Source: Squalus acanthias (Eukaryota). From it: 64,000 nt of DNA. The notes under the pieces are model-generated. The model saw nothing but the letters and a program-made list of their open reading frames with translations. It was not told the origin of the DNA and searched no databases. The stretch lies in contig CM059432.1 in the NCBI GenBank assembly GCA_030390025.1, positions 93,436,001 through 93,500,000 of the forward strand, written 5' to 3'. Position numbers and translations under genes: made by a program. Position 1 is the stretch's first letter. Each line of letters opens with the position of its first letter. Positions 1 through 11,504 of the stretch are shown piece after piece.

Positions 1-302
1 GCACTGCAGCAACTTGCCAAGGCTTCTTCAGCAGCACCTCCCAAACCCGCGACCTCTTCCATCTAGAAGGACAAGAGGAGCAGGCGCAAGGGAACACCAC
101 CACCTCCAAGTTCCTCTCCGAGTCACACACCATCCTGGGTCGAAATCCTGGAACTCCCTAACAGCACTGTGGGAGTACCTTCACCACACGGACTGCAGCG
201 GTTCAAGAAGGCGGCTCACCACCACCTTCTCAAGGGCAATTAGGGATGGGCAATAAATGCTGGCATTGCCAGTGACGCCCACCATCCCATAAATGAATTT
301 TT
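1..302 (+). mobile_element. 3' end of CR1-group LINE (family B in this report)
   Basis: Same 3' sequence (...agggcaattagggatgggcaataaatgctggc...) as RT-bearing copies at 11505, 46780 and 50886. Confidence 0.85.
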
Positions 303-1264
303 CAAAAATGGCGCAAGTTCTGTAATGGTTTGGCCAATCCGCAATGATGGTTTTACACCTGAGCGACAAGTTAAAAATCTACCCCCATCGGTCCAGAAAG
401 TCCCACTTTGTCCAAACAGTTGTATCTGATTGCATGTTATTTTTCAAAATATTGTAATTGCCCGATTTTGCCATGAATAAATCTAAGCTACTTGCCTCAA
501 CAACCTCTCATAGGCAAGTCTTAGTTCTCTACAACCTCAAGAGGTTTTTTTAATGGTTCTGATGAAATCTAGATGAATTTTGATAGTGTACTCAGGGAAA
601 CAAGCAGAAAACCTTTCTGTTGAATCCACGGGATTCTGCTTGCATCTTCCAAGAAGTGGCAGACTATCACAACACCAGAATTCAATTTAGGCTTTAACTA
701 CTTTATTAATTTACCAGAAGATGAACACACAGATAAATAAACAGTAGTAATAGTACAGTATATATTAGAAACAAGAGATGTAATAAATGGTTCAGAATAT
801 CTATTCTAAACTATATTTTTATTATTGATTTTTATATATGCAGTTATTCTTTTCTTACATTCTTATCAACTGCTCTAATTAATCCCTTAGAAAGTTACAA
901 ACTGGCTTGACACATTGATTTGAATAGCATAGGCTCATTAAATACCCCCCAAATACTTGCCATTGCTTTGAGAGTTTGAATAATTGTCAGCTAAATTGAA
1001 AAGGATCTATTCATCACACACATAACTGAACAGATCACAGTTGTATGTGTTTGAATTGTATGGCTTCGCTCCTCCCTGAAGCTATCTGCTTGGAGACCAG
1101 ACGGAACAGTCCTTGCAACATCTGCATCAATTTTGTTCGGTGATTTTTTTTTTAGCTGCTTATTTATTGTGACTGAATTAAAGGAATTTCTACAAAACTA
1201 AAATTAAACATGCTTCATTTTTGCCACTGGTATCTTAGGAAAATCTTTACAAAAGTGTAAGCAT

Positions 1265-2100
1265 ATCACATGTCTTCACTCAGACGGTTGTGAGTCTTTG
1301 GAATTCCCCAGCCCAAAGGGCTGTGGATGTTGAGTCTTTGAGTATATTCAAGGTGGAGATGGATAGATTTTTGGGGGGTTTTAGCGCCCCGAAAAAGTTA
1401 GCGCCCCCGCGGCCAATTTTCCCAGGTAGTGCCCCGAGGGGGAGGAGAGGCGCTACTGGAAGCGTCTCGCGTCCCTCTTGGGACGCTGTGAGCCAATATC
1501 GCGGCGCTGTGGCATGTCGCGCCGCGGTACTGCAGGCCTTCCTCCCCTTCTTAAAGGGGAGGGGCCTGGCGCAGCACAACCCGGGGCCCAGCTGGGCCCC
1601 CGGGGATTGGGAGTGCCGGCAAATGAGCCTGGCACTCAAGAGGTGTGCCGGGCTCACGGAGAGCAGCCGGCACCCCGCGGGAGGGCTTCACGGGGGCCGG
1701 GGACAGGTGCTGGCAGGCAGCCAGCAACAAAAATGGCCGCCCGCCACCTCCCCAATATTACAGCCGGGGCGCCGTGCACGGCGATGACATCATCGTCGGC
1801 GTTGCGGCACTAACGGTTAGCGCCGCCGCTAACCTCCCGCTGAATTTCACGGGAGGCGTTAGCGGCGCCACGCCCAAGCGCTAGCTGATTTGCGCCCCGT
1901 TAGTGCCCTCTTGGGGCGCTAATGGGGTCGCAAATCAACCGAATTTAGCCCCCTTGGACTCTAGGGGAATCAAGGGATATGGGGATCGGGCAGAAAAGTG
2001 GGGTTGAGGTCGAAGATCAGCCATGATCTTATTGAATGGTGGAGCAGGCTCGATGGGCCGGAAGGTCTACGCCTGCTCCTAATTCTTACGCTATGTGTTC
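1265..2100 (+). mobile_element. CR1 (HER1-like) 3' fragment split by a MITE
   Basis: SLWNSP..AVDVESLSIFKVEMDRFL is a CR1 ORF2 C-terminus; the sequence resumes at 1954 (ttggactctagggg) and ends in a CR1 tail. Confidence 0.8.
1374..1953. mobile_element. GC/CpG-rich PIF/Harbinger-type MITE
   Basis: GGGGG...CCCCC ends, TTG duplication (1371-1373, 1954-1956), interrupts a LINE; inverted relative at 59072-59527. Confidence 0.8.
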
Positions 2101-2301
2101 TTGCCCTTACCCACATCTTCGTTACTTTATCAAAAAATTCTATTAAATTTCTCTGGCATAGCTTCCCATTTGTAAATCCAAACTGATGCTTTCCTACTAA
2201 TTTATATTTCTCGAAGTGTTCTACTACTTTGTCCTGAACAATTGATTCCAGAATTTTATTACCCTGGATTCCTCCCAATCCTCTTTTTCAAATAAGTCAC
2301 T

Positions 2302-3205
2302 TGGCCATATTTTGCTGAACAAATAACAGCGTGTGAACCAATGTTCCCGTTAAGCTGTGTGGCTGCGCAGCAGTCTGGAGGTCCCGCGCAGGTTGCTCAA
2401 TGGCTTTGCAAGGGGAAAAACTGCGCATGTGCGGAAATTTGAATGGGCCACGTACCAAAAAAAGAGGGAACATTGGTGTGAACGCTGCACGCTGATATTA
2501 ATGCGCAAATCCTCCAGCAACTTGTAGAGAGGAAGAGATACTCCGTGATTTGTGAATCGCCACAAATTGCTGGCTGCTTTGTGGAGCGCTGCCGTTAGTT
2601 TTGTGAAAACAGAATCTCACGCTTAACCGTCCCGTGAGTTTCATGAAGTTGCCGCATTTACACGTTAATTGCCCATTAAAAGTTAAGTCTTGTAATTAAC
2701 AGCGCAAATACCCTTTTGACGGTGTGATAAATGTTAATGACTGCCAATCAATCTCTCTTACCCGGAAAGTAAATAAGTATAAGTGTGGAGTCTCATTCCT
2801 TCTTGTTGTGAATTGTTTTAGGAGATTTAAAAAATGCCAAATTTTTAATTTTTATTCTTACTTTTCCTTTGTCTTTTTTTTCCTCACTCTCTTAATCCAA
2901 TCCTTATTTCCCTCCCTTTATTTCTCTTTCTGTACCTGATTTGAAATTGAATTCACCCACTCTAATTCACCTTCCTTCTCAGTCCTTTGTCTGTTTATTT
3001 CTCAATCCTTTAATCTCATTGGTTAAGGAGATACACTGTTTGTCCTATTGTTCATCAAGATCCCAGATGTCCTGTTGCCCTCGCTGCGCCATTATCAGCT
3101 CACACTTCCAGCAACTTTGTGGGCAAAAAATTTAAACCCTAAACATGCACGAACAAGTCTAACTAACTAACTAACATGATGTCCCACTCCAGCAAAATTT
3201 GGCCC
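2302..3205. mobile_element. Harbinger-type MITE
   Basis: TIRs tggccatattttgctg / cagcaaaatttggccc; ACT 3-bp duplication on both sides. Confidence 0.7.
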
Positions 3206-3429
3206 ACTATATTTGCCCTTCTGCAGTTATCCTATATTACCCTTTTCTAGAAAATTCCAAACTATTTATGCCAGTGACGTTGCTAGCACGTCATCGATGT
3301 CTTTAAAAACCTTTGGGTGGCTCCCTTCTGGCCCAGGTGCTTTATTGACTTGGATCTTACTCAAGTCTCCAGCTACCAATTTAGTACTAATGCTAATTTT
3401 ATTACAGCCCTCAGTCAATTAAAACTAAT

Positions 3430-4015
3430 TTTTAGTCATCCTTCTCGAACTCTCTGCAGCCTTTAACATAGCCCAACTACACCATCCTCCTCCAGTCACT
3501 CTTCCATTGTCCAGCTGAGTGGCAGGGCCCTTGCTTGTTTCTTCTTTCACCCATCCAATCATAGCCAGAGCATCATGAGCAATGGCTTCTCTTGCTGCTC
3601 CTGCACCATCATCTCTGGAGTCTCCCCAGGATCTATCTTTGGCCCCCTCCTCTTCCTCATCTACATGCTGCCCATTGGCGACATCATCCAAAGACATGGT
3701 GACATGTTCCACATGTACGCTGATGACACCCAGCTCTACTTCTCTACCACCTCTCTTGTTCCTGTATTGTAAGCCTGCTTCTCCGGCATCCAGTCCTGGA
3801 TGGGCTGCAATTTCCTCCAGTTAAACATTGGGAAGACCGAAGCCATCATCTTCGACCCCTGCCACAAACTCCATACCCTAACCTGAACCAAGTCTCGCTC
3901 ATTCATCACCAACGCCTCCAATTTAAGATTCCCATCCTCGTGTTACAGCCCCTTCTTGACCTCACCCCTACCTATCTCTGTAACTTCCTCCAGTCCTACA
4001 AGCCTCCTAAAACTC
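3430..4015 (+). mobile_element. Decayed L2 LINE RT fragment
   Basis: SGVSPGSIFGPLLFLIYMLP...HMYADDTQLY; similar to 14918-16515. Confidence 0.85.
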
Positions 4016-4307
4016 TGCTCGAGGGGCTGAATGGCCTACTCCTGGTCCTAATGTTCCTATGTTCTTTCTCGTCCTCCTAAGGAGAGTACAGTTAAGAACA
4101 CAATTTTTTTTGTTGCTTCCCAGCCAGTCTACAGGGTGGTAGTTGAAACCATTAGTTGAGGTTTAACACTGGAAGTCATTTGATACCAGTTTGGGTCAAA
4201 CAACTAATACGATAGCAAAATACTGCAGATGCTGGAAATCCGAAATAACAACAGAAAACGCTGGAAAAACTCAGCAGGCCAGGCAGCATCCGTGGAGAGA
4301 GAAAGAG

Positions 4308-4344
4308 AGTTGACGTTTCAGGTCGATGACCTTTCATCAGAACT
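4308..4344 (-). ncRNA. Mirror copy of the minimal hammerhead ribozyme
   Basis: Exact reverse complement of 5576-5612. Confidence 0.85.
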
Positions 4345-5575
4345 GGGAAGAGCTGGAAATCAAATAGATTTAAGGCCAGGGTAAAGCTGGGAAAAGGGGG
4401 AGGGGATAAAGGAACAAAGGAGGAGATGAAGAGACATTAAGAGACATTAAGAGATATGCAAGGCTAGAGGTGGTGTTAATGTGACAGATTAAGGCTGAAT
4501 GAAGTGTGAAATCTACTGGCAGAATGAAGGACAGCTGCCAGCTTCTAGGAGGAAAAAAAAGGTGGGGGGGACAAATAAAAGGGTGGATAAAATAAAATAT
4601 AAATGTGATTGGAGCTGAGGTTATGATCTAAAATTGTTGAACTCGATATTGAGTCCAGAGGGCTGTAGCGTGCCTAAACGAAAGATGAGGTGCTGTTCCT
4701 CGAGCTTACGCTGAGCTTCCGTGGAACAGTGTATTAGGCCGAGGACGGTGAGGTCAGAGTGGGAGTGAAGCGGTGAATTAAAGTGACAGGCCACCGGGAG
4801 CTCGGGGTCCCCCTTACGGACTGAACGGAGGTGTTCCGCAAAGCGGTCACCCAATCTGCGTTTGGTCTCCCCAATGTAGAGGAGTCCACATCGTGAGCAG
4901 CGAATACAGTATACTAAATTGCAGGAAGTACAAGTAAATCGCTGTTTCACCTGGAAACACCCCTTCCAGGTGAAACAGCGATTTACTTGTACTTCCTGCA
5001 ATTTAGTATACTGTATTCGCTGCTCACGATGTGGACTCCTCTACATTGGGGAGACCAAACGCAGATTGGGTGACCGCTTTGCGGAACACCTCCGTTCAGT
5101 CCGTAAGGGGGACCCCGAGCTCCCGGTGGCCTGTCACTTTAATTCACCGCTTCACTCCCACTCTGACCTCACCGTCCTCGGCCTAATACACTGTTCCACG
5201 GAAGCTCAGCGTAAGCTCGAGGAACAGCACCTCATCTTTCGTTTAGGCACGCTACAGCCCTCTGGACTCAATATCGAGTTCAACAATTTTAGATCATAAC
5301 CTCAGCTCCAATCACATTTATATTTTATTTTATCCACCCTTTTATTTGTCCCCCCCACCTTTTTTTTCCTCCTAGAAGCTGGCAGCTGTCCTTCATTCTG
5401 CCAGTAGATTTCACACTTCATTCAGCCTTAATCTGTCACATTAACACCACCTCTAGCCTTGCATATCTCTTAATGTCTCTTAATGTCTCTTCATCTCCTC
5501 CTTTGTTCCTTTATCCCCTCCCCCTTTTCCCAGCTTTACCCTGGCCTTAAATCTATTTGATTTCCAGCTCTTCCC

Positions 5576-5612
5576 AGTTCTGATGAAAGGTCATCGACCT
5601 GAAACGTCAACT
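5576..5612 (+). ncRNA. Minimal type I hammerhead ribozyme (PLE-associated)
   Basis: agtt-CUGAUGA-a-aggtc(atc)gacct-GAAA-cGUC-aact: complete core, stems I and II, self-complementary ACGT in place of stem III; predicted cleavage after 5608. Confidence 0.85.
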
Positions 5613-6688
5613 CTCTTTCTCTCTCCACGGATGCTGCCTGGCCTGCTGAGTTTTTCCAGCGTTTTCTGTTGTTATTTGGGTCAAACAACTAATTCAAATA
5701 ATATTGAATTATCTTTGTAGTTAATTGAAAAGAATTATAAAGATACAAAGCTAATAGTTATCCAATAAACACTTTGGACAAACATATTGCTTACTGGATG
5801 CTCTAACTTTTCAAGAAGAACACTACCTGCCATTTTGATAGTCTGCAAAGCTTTAATTCCAATGCAGCTTTTTTGTTTACTTATATATGACAACTCCTAG
5901 ATGATGCAGTAATTTAAAGATGTTTAATATTAAGCCAATCAGAAATGTGCAAAGAAGGAGATACAAAAATGTATTATATGAAATGACAGCATTTGGGGAA
6001 AAAAAATCACCTGCCTCCTGTAACCAAGATGATAGTGCTGATTTTCAGAAGCAATATTGCTGATGTTATGACGCACATTTCTTCAAAATGTCATATGTTT
6101 TGTTCTTTCTGAAGCTAGGATCCTTCAGCTGTTGTATTAGAAATATATTGTGCTTTTATAACCTTGCAAAGCATTTATCAGGTCAACAGTGATTGGCTGA
6201 AAATAGTACACTATTTATTTAAATAAAAATATGCTTAGAATCAAAACCAGTACTGCATTGAAGGATGGAAAAGAGAAAGAAGGACGTAACTATATTTTTT
6301 ACCACAGTGGCACACCTTCTTCTGTTTCCAGAGAACAGATTGGTAGTTTGCAAACCCAACTATAACCACCAGTACCACTCTGCAGCTCATCTGATGCCAA
6401 AAACATTTGACTTACTATGGAGTTGACAGAAATAATTTTAACATCTTCCAGTGGTCAGAAAGGGACCTGATCTGCATTCAAGAAAAATACTAGACACTCA
6501 ATCTTCTACTCAGAACTCTAAACCATGTTTCCAATGTTGCATAGAAACAAGATTATTTTTCATGCAGTATATTCTGGGCTGACATTTGGAGAAATGTTAT
6601 CTAGAAAAATTTGCAATTAATTTTGGCTTGTAATCAAAGCAATTTAATTAATTCAAACTTTCTGACAAATTACTTTTAATGGTAATTT

Positions 6689-7002
6689 AAGAAAGAACTT
6701 TCATTTATATAGCATCTTTTATGATTCAGGATGTCCCAAAAGCTGTTTTGTAAGCAAACAACAATTTCTACACAAGATCCCACAAACTGCACTGAGATAA
6801 ATGACCAGATAATCTGGTTTTTGGCAGTGTTAGTCAAGAGATAAATGTTGGCCAGAACACCAGGAGAACTCACCTGCTCGTCTTCAAATAGTGCATGGGA
6901 TCTTATACATCCACCTGAGCAGGCAGATGGGGTTTGGGTTTAACATCTCATCTGAAAGACCGCACCTCTGATAATGCAGAACTCTCAGTACTGCACTGAA
7001 GT
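6689..7002 (-). mobile_element. tRNA-derived Deu-domain-type SINE, 3' part (5' part at 10288-10380)
   Basis: Colinear with the intact copy at 17048-17506; interrupted by the CR1 at 7003 with tgaagt repeated at both junctions. Confidence 0.8.
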
Positions 7003-10000
7003 CCTGCAACAAGAATTTATGGAGCTAGGTAGCAGATTAAAAAGCAGGACCTCAAAGGTTGTAACCTCTGGATTACGCCCAGTGCCACGTGCTAGTGAGT
7101 ATAGGAATAGGAGGATAGAGCAGATGAATGCGTGGCTAAAGAGTTGGCGCAGGAGGGAGGGCTTTAGTTTCCTGGATCTGCTTCTGGGGAAGGTGAGACC
7201 TGTACAAGTCAGACGGGTTGCACCTGAACCGGAACGGGACCAACATCCTTGCGGGGAGGTTTGCTAGTACTGTTGGGGGGAGGGGGGGTTTAAACTAACT
7301 TGGCAGGGGGATGGGATACGGAGTGGAGCTATAGTAGGGGGTGATACACAGCCAAATATAGAGGAAAAAACAAGTCAGCCTGGAAGGCAGAGCAAATATG
7401 TAACGGCACAAGGGAGTATGGCAAGGCTGGATGGCATTTATTTTAATGCAAGGAGTCTTGCGAGTAAGGCAGATGAATTGAAGGTGTTGATGAACACATG
7501 GGAGTATGATATTGTTGCTATCACAGAGACATGGTTGAGGGAGGGGCAGGACTTGCAGCTCAATATTCCGGGGTATGGAATCTTCAGGCGAGACAGAGGG
7601 GGGTGTAAAAGAGGAGGGGGTGTCGCAATATTAATCAAGGAGTCAATTACTGCTGTAAGGAGGGATGATATCTTAGCAGGTTCCTCTATTGAGGCCATAT
7701 GGGTAGAACTTAAAAACAAAAAGGGGGCAAGCACTTTGCTGGGAGTGTACTATAGGCCCCCAAACAGTCAGGGGGAGATAGAGGAACAGATATGTAAGCA
7801 AATCTCAGAAGTGTAGAAATAATAGGGTAATAATAGTAGGGGATTTCAACTTCCCCAATATTAATTGGGATAGTCAGAGTGTGAAGGGCTTAGAGGGTGC
7901 GGAATTCTTAAAGTGCATCCAGGAGAGCTTTTTGAGCCAGCATGTAGAAAGTCCTACAAGAGAGGGGGCGGTACTGGACCTAATTCTAGGGAATGTAGCC
8001 GGGCAAGTGGTAGATGGGTCAGTAGGAGAGCATTTTGGTGACAGTGACCACAATTCGGTGAGATTTAAGGTAGTCATGGAAAACGACAAAGATGGACTGG
8101 AAATAAAGGTTCTAAATTGGGGGAAGGCCGATTTTAATATGATAAGGCAGGATCTGGCCAAAGTGGACTGGGATCAACCACTTGTAGGAAAATTCACATC
8201 AGAGCAGTGGGAGTCTTTCACAAAGGAAATAGAGAGTAAAATGCCAACATGTTCCCGTAAAGGTCAAGGGTGGGACCAACAAGCCCAGGGAACCCTGGAT
8301 GTCAAGGGATATACGAGAATGGATTAGGAAAAAAAGGGAGGCTTTTGGCAGATACAAAGGACTAAAAACAGTGGAAGCCCTAGAGGAGTATAGAAAGTGC
8401 AGGGGGGTACTTAAAAAAGAAATTAGGAGAGCGAAGAGGGGGCATGAAAAAACACTGGCGGGCAAAATAAAGGAAAATTCCAAGGTGTTTTATAAGTATA
8501 TTAAGGGCAAGAGGATAACCAGGGAAAGAGTAGGGCCCATTAGGGACCAAAGTGGCAATCTGTGTGTAGAGCTGGAAGATGTAGGTGAGGTTTTAAATGA
8601 ATATTTTGCATCTGTGTTCACTATGGAGAAGGACAATTTAGGCATAGAAATCAGGCAGGGGGATTGTGATATACTTGAACAAATTAGTAGAGGGAGGAGA
8701 TACTAGCGGTTTTATCGGGCTTAAAAGTGGATAAATCCCCAGACCCAGACGAGATGTGTGAGGCAAGGGAGGAGATTGCAGGGGCTCTGACACAAATTTT
8801 CAGAACCTCTCTGGCCACAGGGGAGGTGCCAGAGGACTGGAGAACAGCTAACGTAGTACCATTATTTAAGAAGGGTAGTAGGGATAAACCAGGGAATTAC
8901 AGGCCAGTGAGCCTAACATCAGTGGTAGGGAAATTATTGGAAAAAATTCTGAGGGACAGAATTAGTCTCCACTTGGAGAGGCAAGGATTAATCAAGGATA
9001 GTCAGCATGGCTTTGTCAGGGGGAGATCATGTCTAACCAATTTGATTGAATTTTGAGAGGGGGTGACTAGGTATGTGGATGAGGGTAGTGCAGTTGATGT
9101 AGTCTACATGGACTTTAGTAAGGCTTTTGACAAAGTCCCGCATGGGAGACTGGTCAAGAAGGTAAGAGCCCATGGGATCCAGGGCAATTTGGCACATTGG
9201 ATCCAAAATTGGCTTAGTGGCAGGAGGCAGAGGGTGATGGTCGAAGGTTGTTTTTGTGACTGGAAGCCTGTGTCCAGTGGTGTACCGCAGGGATCGGTGC
9301 TGGATCCTTTGCTGTTTGTAGTGTACATTAATGATTTAGATATGAATGTGGGAGGTATGATCAGTAAGTTCGCAGATGACACGAAAATTGGTGGGGTGGT
9401 AAATAGTGAGGAGGGAAGCCTCAGGCTACAGGACGATATAGACGGGTTGGTTAGATGGGCAGAACAGTGGCAAATGGAATTTAACCCTGAAAAGTGTGAG
9501 GTGATGCATTTTGGGAGGACTAACAAGGCAAGGGAATACACAATGAATGGTAGGACCCTAGGAAGGACAGAGGATCAGAGGGACCTTGGTGTGCATGTAC
9601 ATAGATCCCTGAAGGCAGCAGGACAGGTAGATAAGGTGGTTAAGAAGGCATATGGGATACTTGCCTTCATTAGTCGAGGCATAGAATATAAGAGCAGGGA
9701 GGTTATGATGGAGCTGTACAAAATGCTAGTTAGGCCACAGCTGGAATACTGTGTGCAGTTCTGGTCACCACATTATAGGAAGGATGTGATTGCATTGGAG
9801 AGGGTGCAGATGAGATTCACCAGGATGTTACCTGGGTTGGAGCGCTTCAGCTATGAAGAGAGACTGGACAGGCTGGGGTTGTTTTCCTTAGAGCAGAGAA
9901 GGCTGAGGGGGGACCTGATTGAGGTGTACAAAATTATGAGGGGCATAGATAGGGTAGATAGAAAGGAACTTTTCCCCTTAGTAGAAGGGTCAATAACCAG

Positions 10001-10287
10001 GGGGCATAGTTTCAAGGTAAGGGGCAGGAGGTTTAGAGGGGATTTGAGGAAAAACTTTTTCACCCAGAGGATGGTTGGAATCTGGAACTCACTGCCTGAA
10101 AGGGTGGTAGAGGCAGGAACCCTCACAACATTCAAGAAGCATTTAGATGAGCACTTGAAACGCCATAGCATACAAGGCTACGGACCAAGCGCTGGAAAAT
10201 GGGATTAGAATAGACAGGGCTTGATGGCCGGCGCGGACACGATGGGCCGAAGGGCCTCTTTCTGTGCTGTATAACTCTATGACTCTA
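7003..10287 (+). mobile_element. 5'-truncated CR1 (HER1-like) LINE: ORF1 C-terminus plus disrupted ORF2 (APE and RT)
   Basis: YFNARSL..DIVAITETW, YYRPP and SDH (APE); DFSKAFD, SGVPQGSVL and KFADD (RT). Split into ORFs 7418, 7881, 8299, 8727 and 9063 by stops/frameshifts. Tail ctctatgactctatga. Confidence 0.95.
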
Positions 10288-10380
10288 TGAAGTGTCAGCC
10301 TAGATTATGCAGTCAAGTCTTGCAGTTGGGTTTGACTCCTAACATTCTGACTCAGGCAAGAGTGGCAGCACTGAGCCAAC
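10288..10380 (-). mobile_element. 5' tRNA-like head of the SINE split by the CR1
   Basis: gtgtcagcctagattatg...cactgagcc continues the SINE ending at 7002; reverse strand has GGCTCAGTG A-box-like start. Confidence 0.7.
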
Positions 10381-10640
10381 TTGACATTATTAATGAACAC
10401 ACCTGTCAGTAAATGTACATATTAATATTAAAGCATTTTAATAAGATAAATTGTTAGAAAATATACATTAATTTAATAGCAGTTCAATCAGAATTTGTAA
10501 ACGGACAAGACAGATGTATGATCGTCCATCAGGAATGTGCGGATAGGAGCATCCATTTTCTTCATATGAAGGCCATTGAAAAGTAAGTATGGCATTTTTA
10601 AAATGCAGTTTCACACCAAGCTAGTTATACTGTGTCTATT

Positions 10641-11068
10641 ACATAGAAACATAGAATCTAGGAGCAGGAGTAGGCCATTCGGCCCGTCGAGCCTGCTCCG
10701 CCATTCAATACGATCATGGCTGATCATCCAAATCCAGTACCCTGTCCCTGCTTTAATCCCCACAGTACACATATCCCACCCTACCCCCGTAACCCCACGT
10801 TTTTAATTCCCCCTAACATATCCCATCCTATCCCCATAACCCCACATATTTAATCCCCCTAACACTAAGGGTCAATTTATCATAGCCAAATCAACCTAAC
10901 CCACACATTTTTGGACTGTGGGAGGAAACCGGAGCACCCGGAGGAAACCCACGCAGACACGGGGAGAATGTGCAAACTCCACACAGACAGTCACCCGAGG
11001 TCAGATTCGAACCCGGGTCTCTGGCGCTGTGAGGCACCAGTGCTAACCACTATGCCACCGTGTTGCCC
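10641..11068 (-). mobile_element. HE1-type V-SINE
   Basis: tRNA head (GGCATAGTGG...GGTTCGAATC), V-domain-like gtgtggagtttgcacattctccccgtgtctgcgtgggtttcctccgggtgctccggtttcctcccacagtcc, CR1-derived tail; short internal duplication at about 10765-10865. Confidence 0.88.
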
Positions 11069-11504
11069 ACTGACTCAGATGCATCCTACAGAACGTTTCA
11101 CTTTATTCAGAGTGCTCAGCAGTCAGATGAGAACCTGGATCCCGTGCTACACTACCACTTTCTTGTATATGTTTGTCTGAATCTACTTCACATTGACGCA
11201 TTAGTGGCAGGATACTGTTCTCTATCCTAACCTGCGAGATGAATATAATTAGTTTATGAACTTAGTATTTATTTTGAAAGGTTAACCCAGAGTTTTGCAG
11301 AAAATGTTTTATTAAGGTATCTGGCTGGGAACTAATACACTTGTAAATGGCCAAGAGGAATAAAGCTGGATATTTTAATTTAAATCAGTGAACCTGCTGG
11401 TATTTGTTACAATACTTTGAACAATGAAGTATTAGAGCAGATTACTCCACTTGTTAGCTAATTCAGGACAACACTTGAAAGACAAGTTATCGGGGAAAAA
11501 ATTA

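Larger units (their letters stand above)
4209..5677. mobile_element. Palindromic Penelope-like insertion (GIY-YIG C-terminus plus 3' tail, head to head)
   Basis: Arms 4243-4956 and 4964-5677 are reverse complements. Both encode FTCTSCNLVYCIRCSRCGLLYIGETKRRLGDRFAEH...GLN (PLE GIY-YIG). Direct repeat tttgggtcaaacaactaat at 4190-4208 and 5675-5693. Confidence 0.95.

Noticed and set aside
4621..5299. Two 126-aa ORFs as a real divergent GIY-YIG gene pair
   Set aside because: Their starts are non-ATG codons inside the opposite arm; they are products of the palindrome, not genes.
9063..10208. 381-aa RT ORF as an active retroelement
   Set aside because: ORF2 is broken by several stops and frameshifts and the element is 5'-truncated.
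10990..11068. tRNA-like sequences as tRNA genes (also 14120-14206 and 17440-17506)
   Set aside because: They are SINE or LINE heads contiguous with repeat bodies, and I could not form a full cloverleaf.
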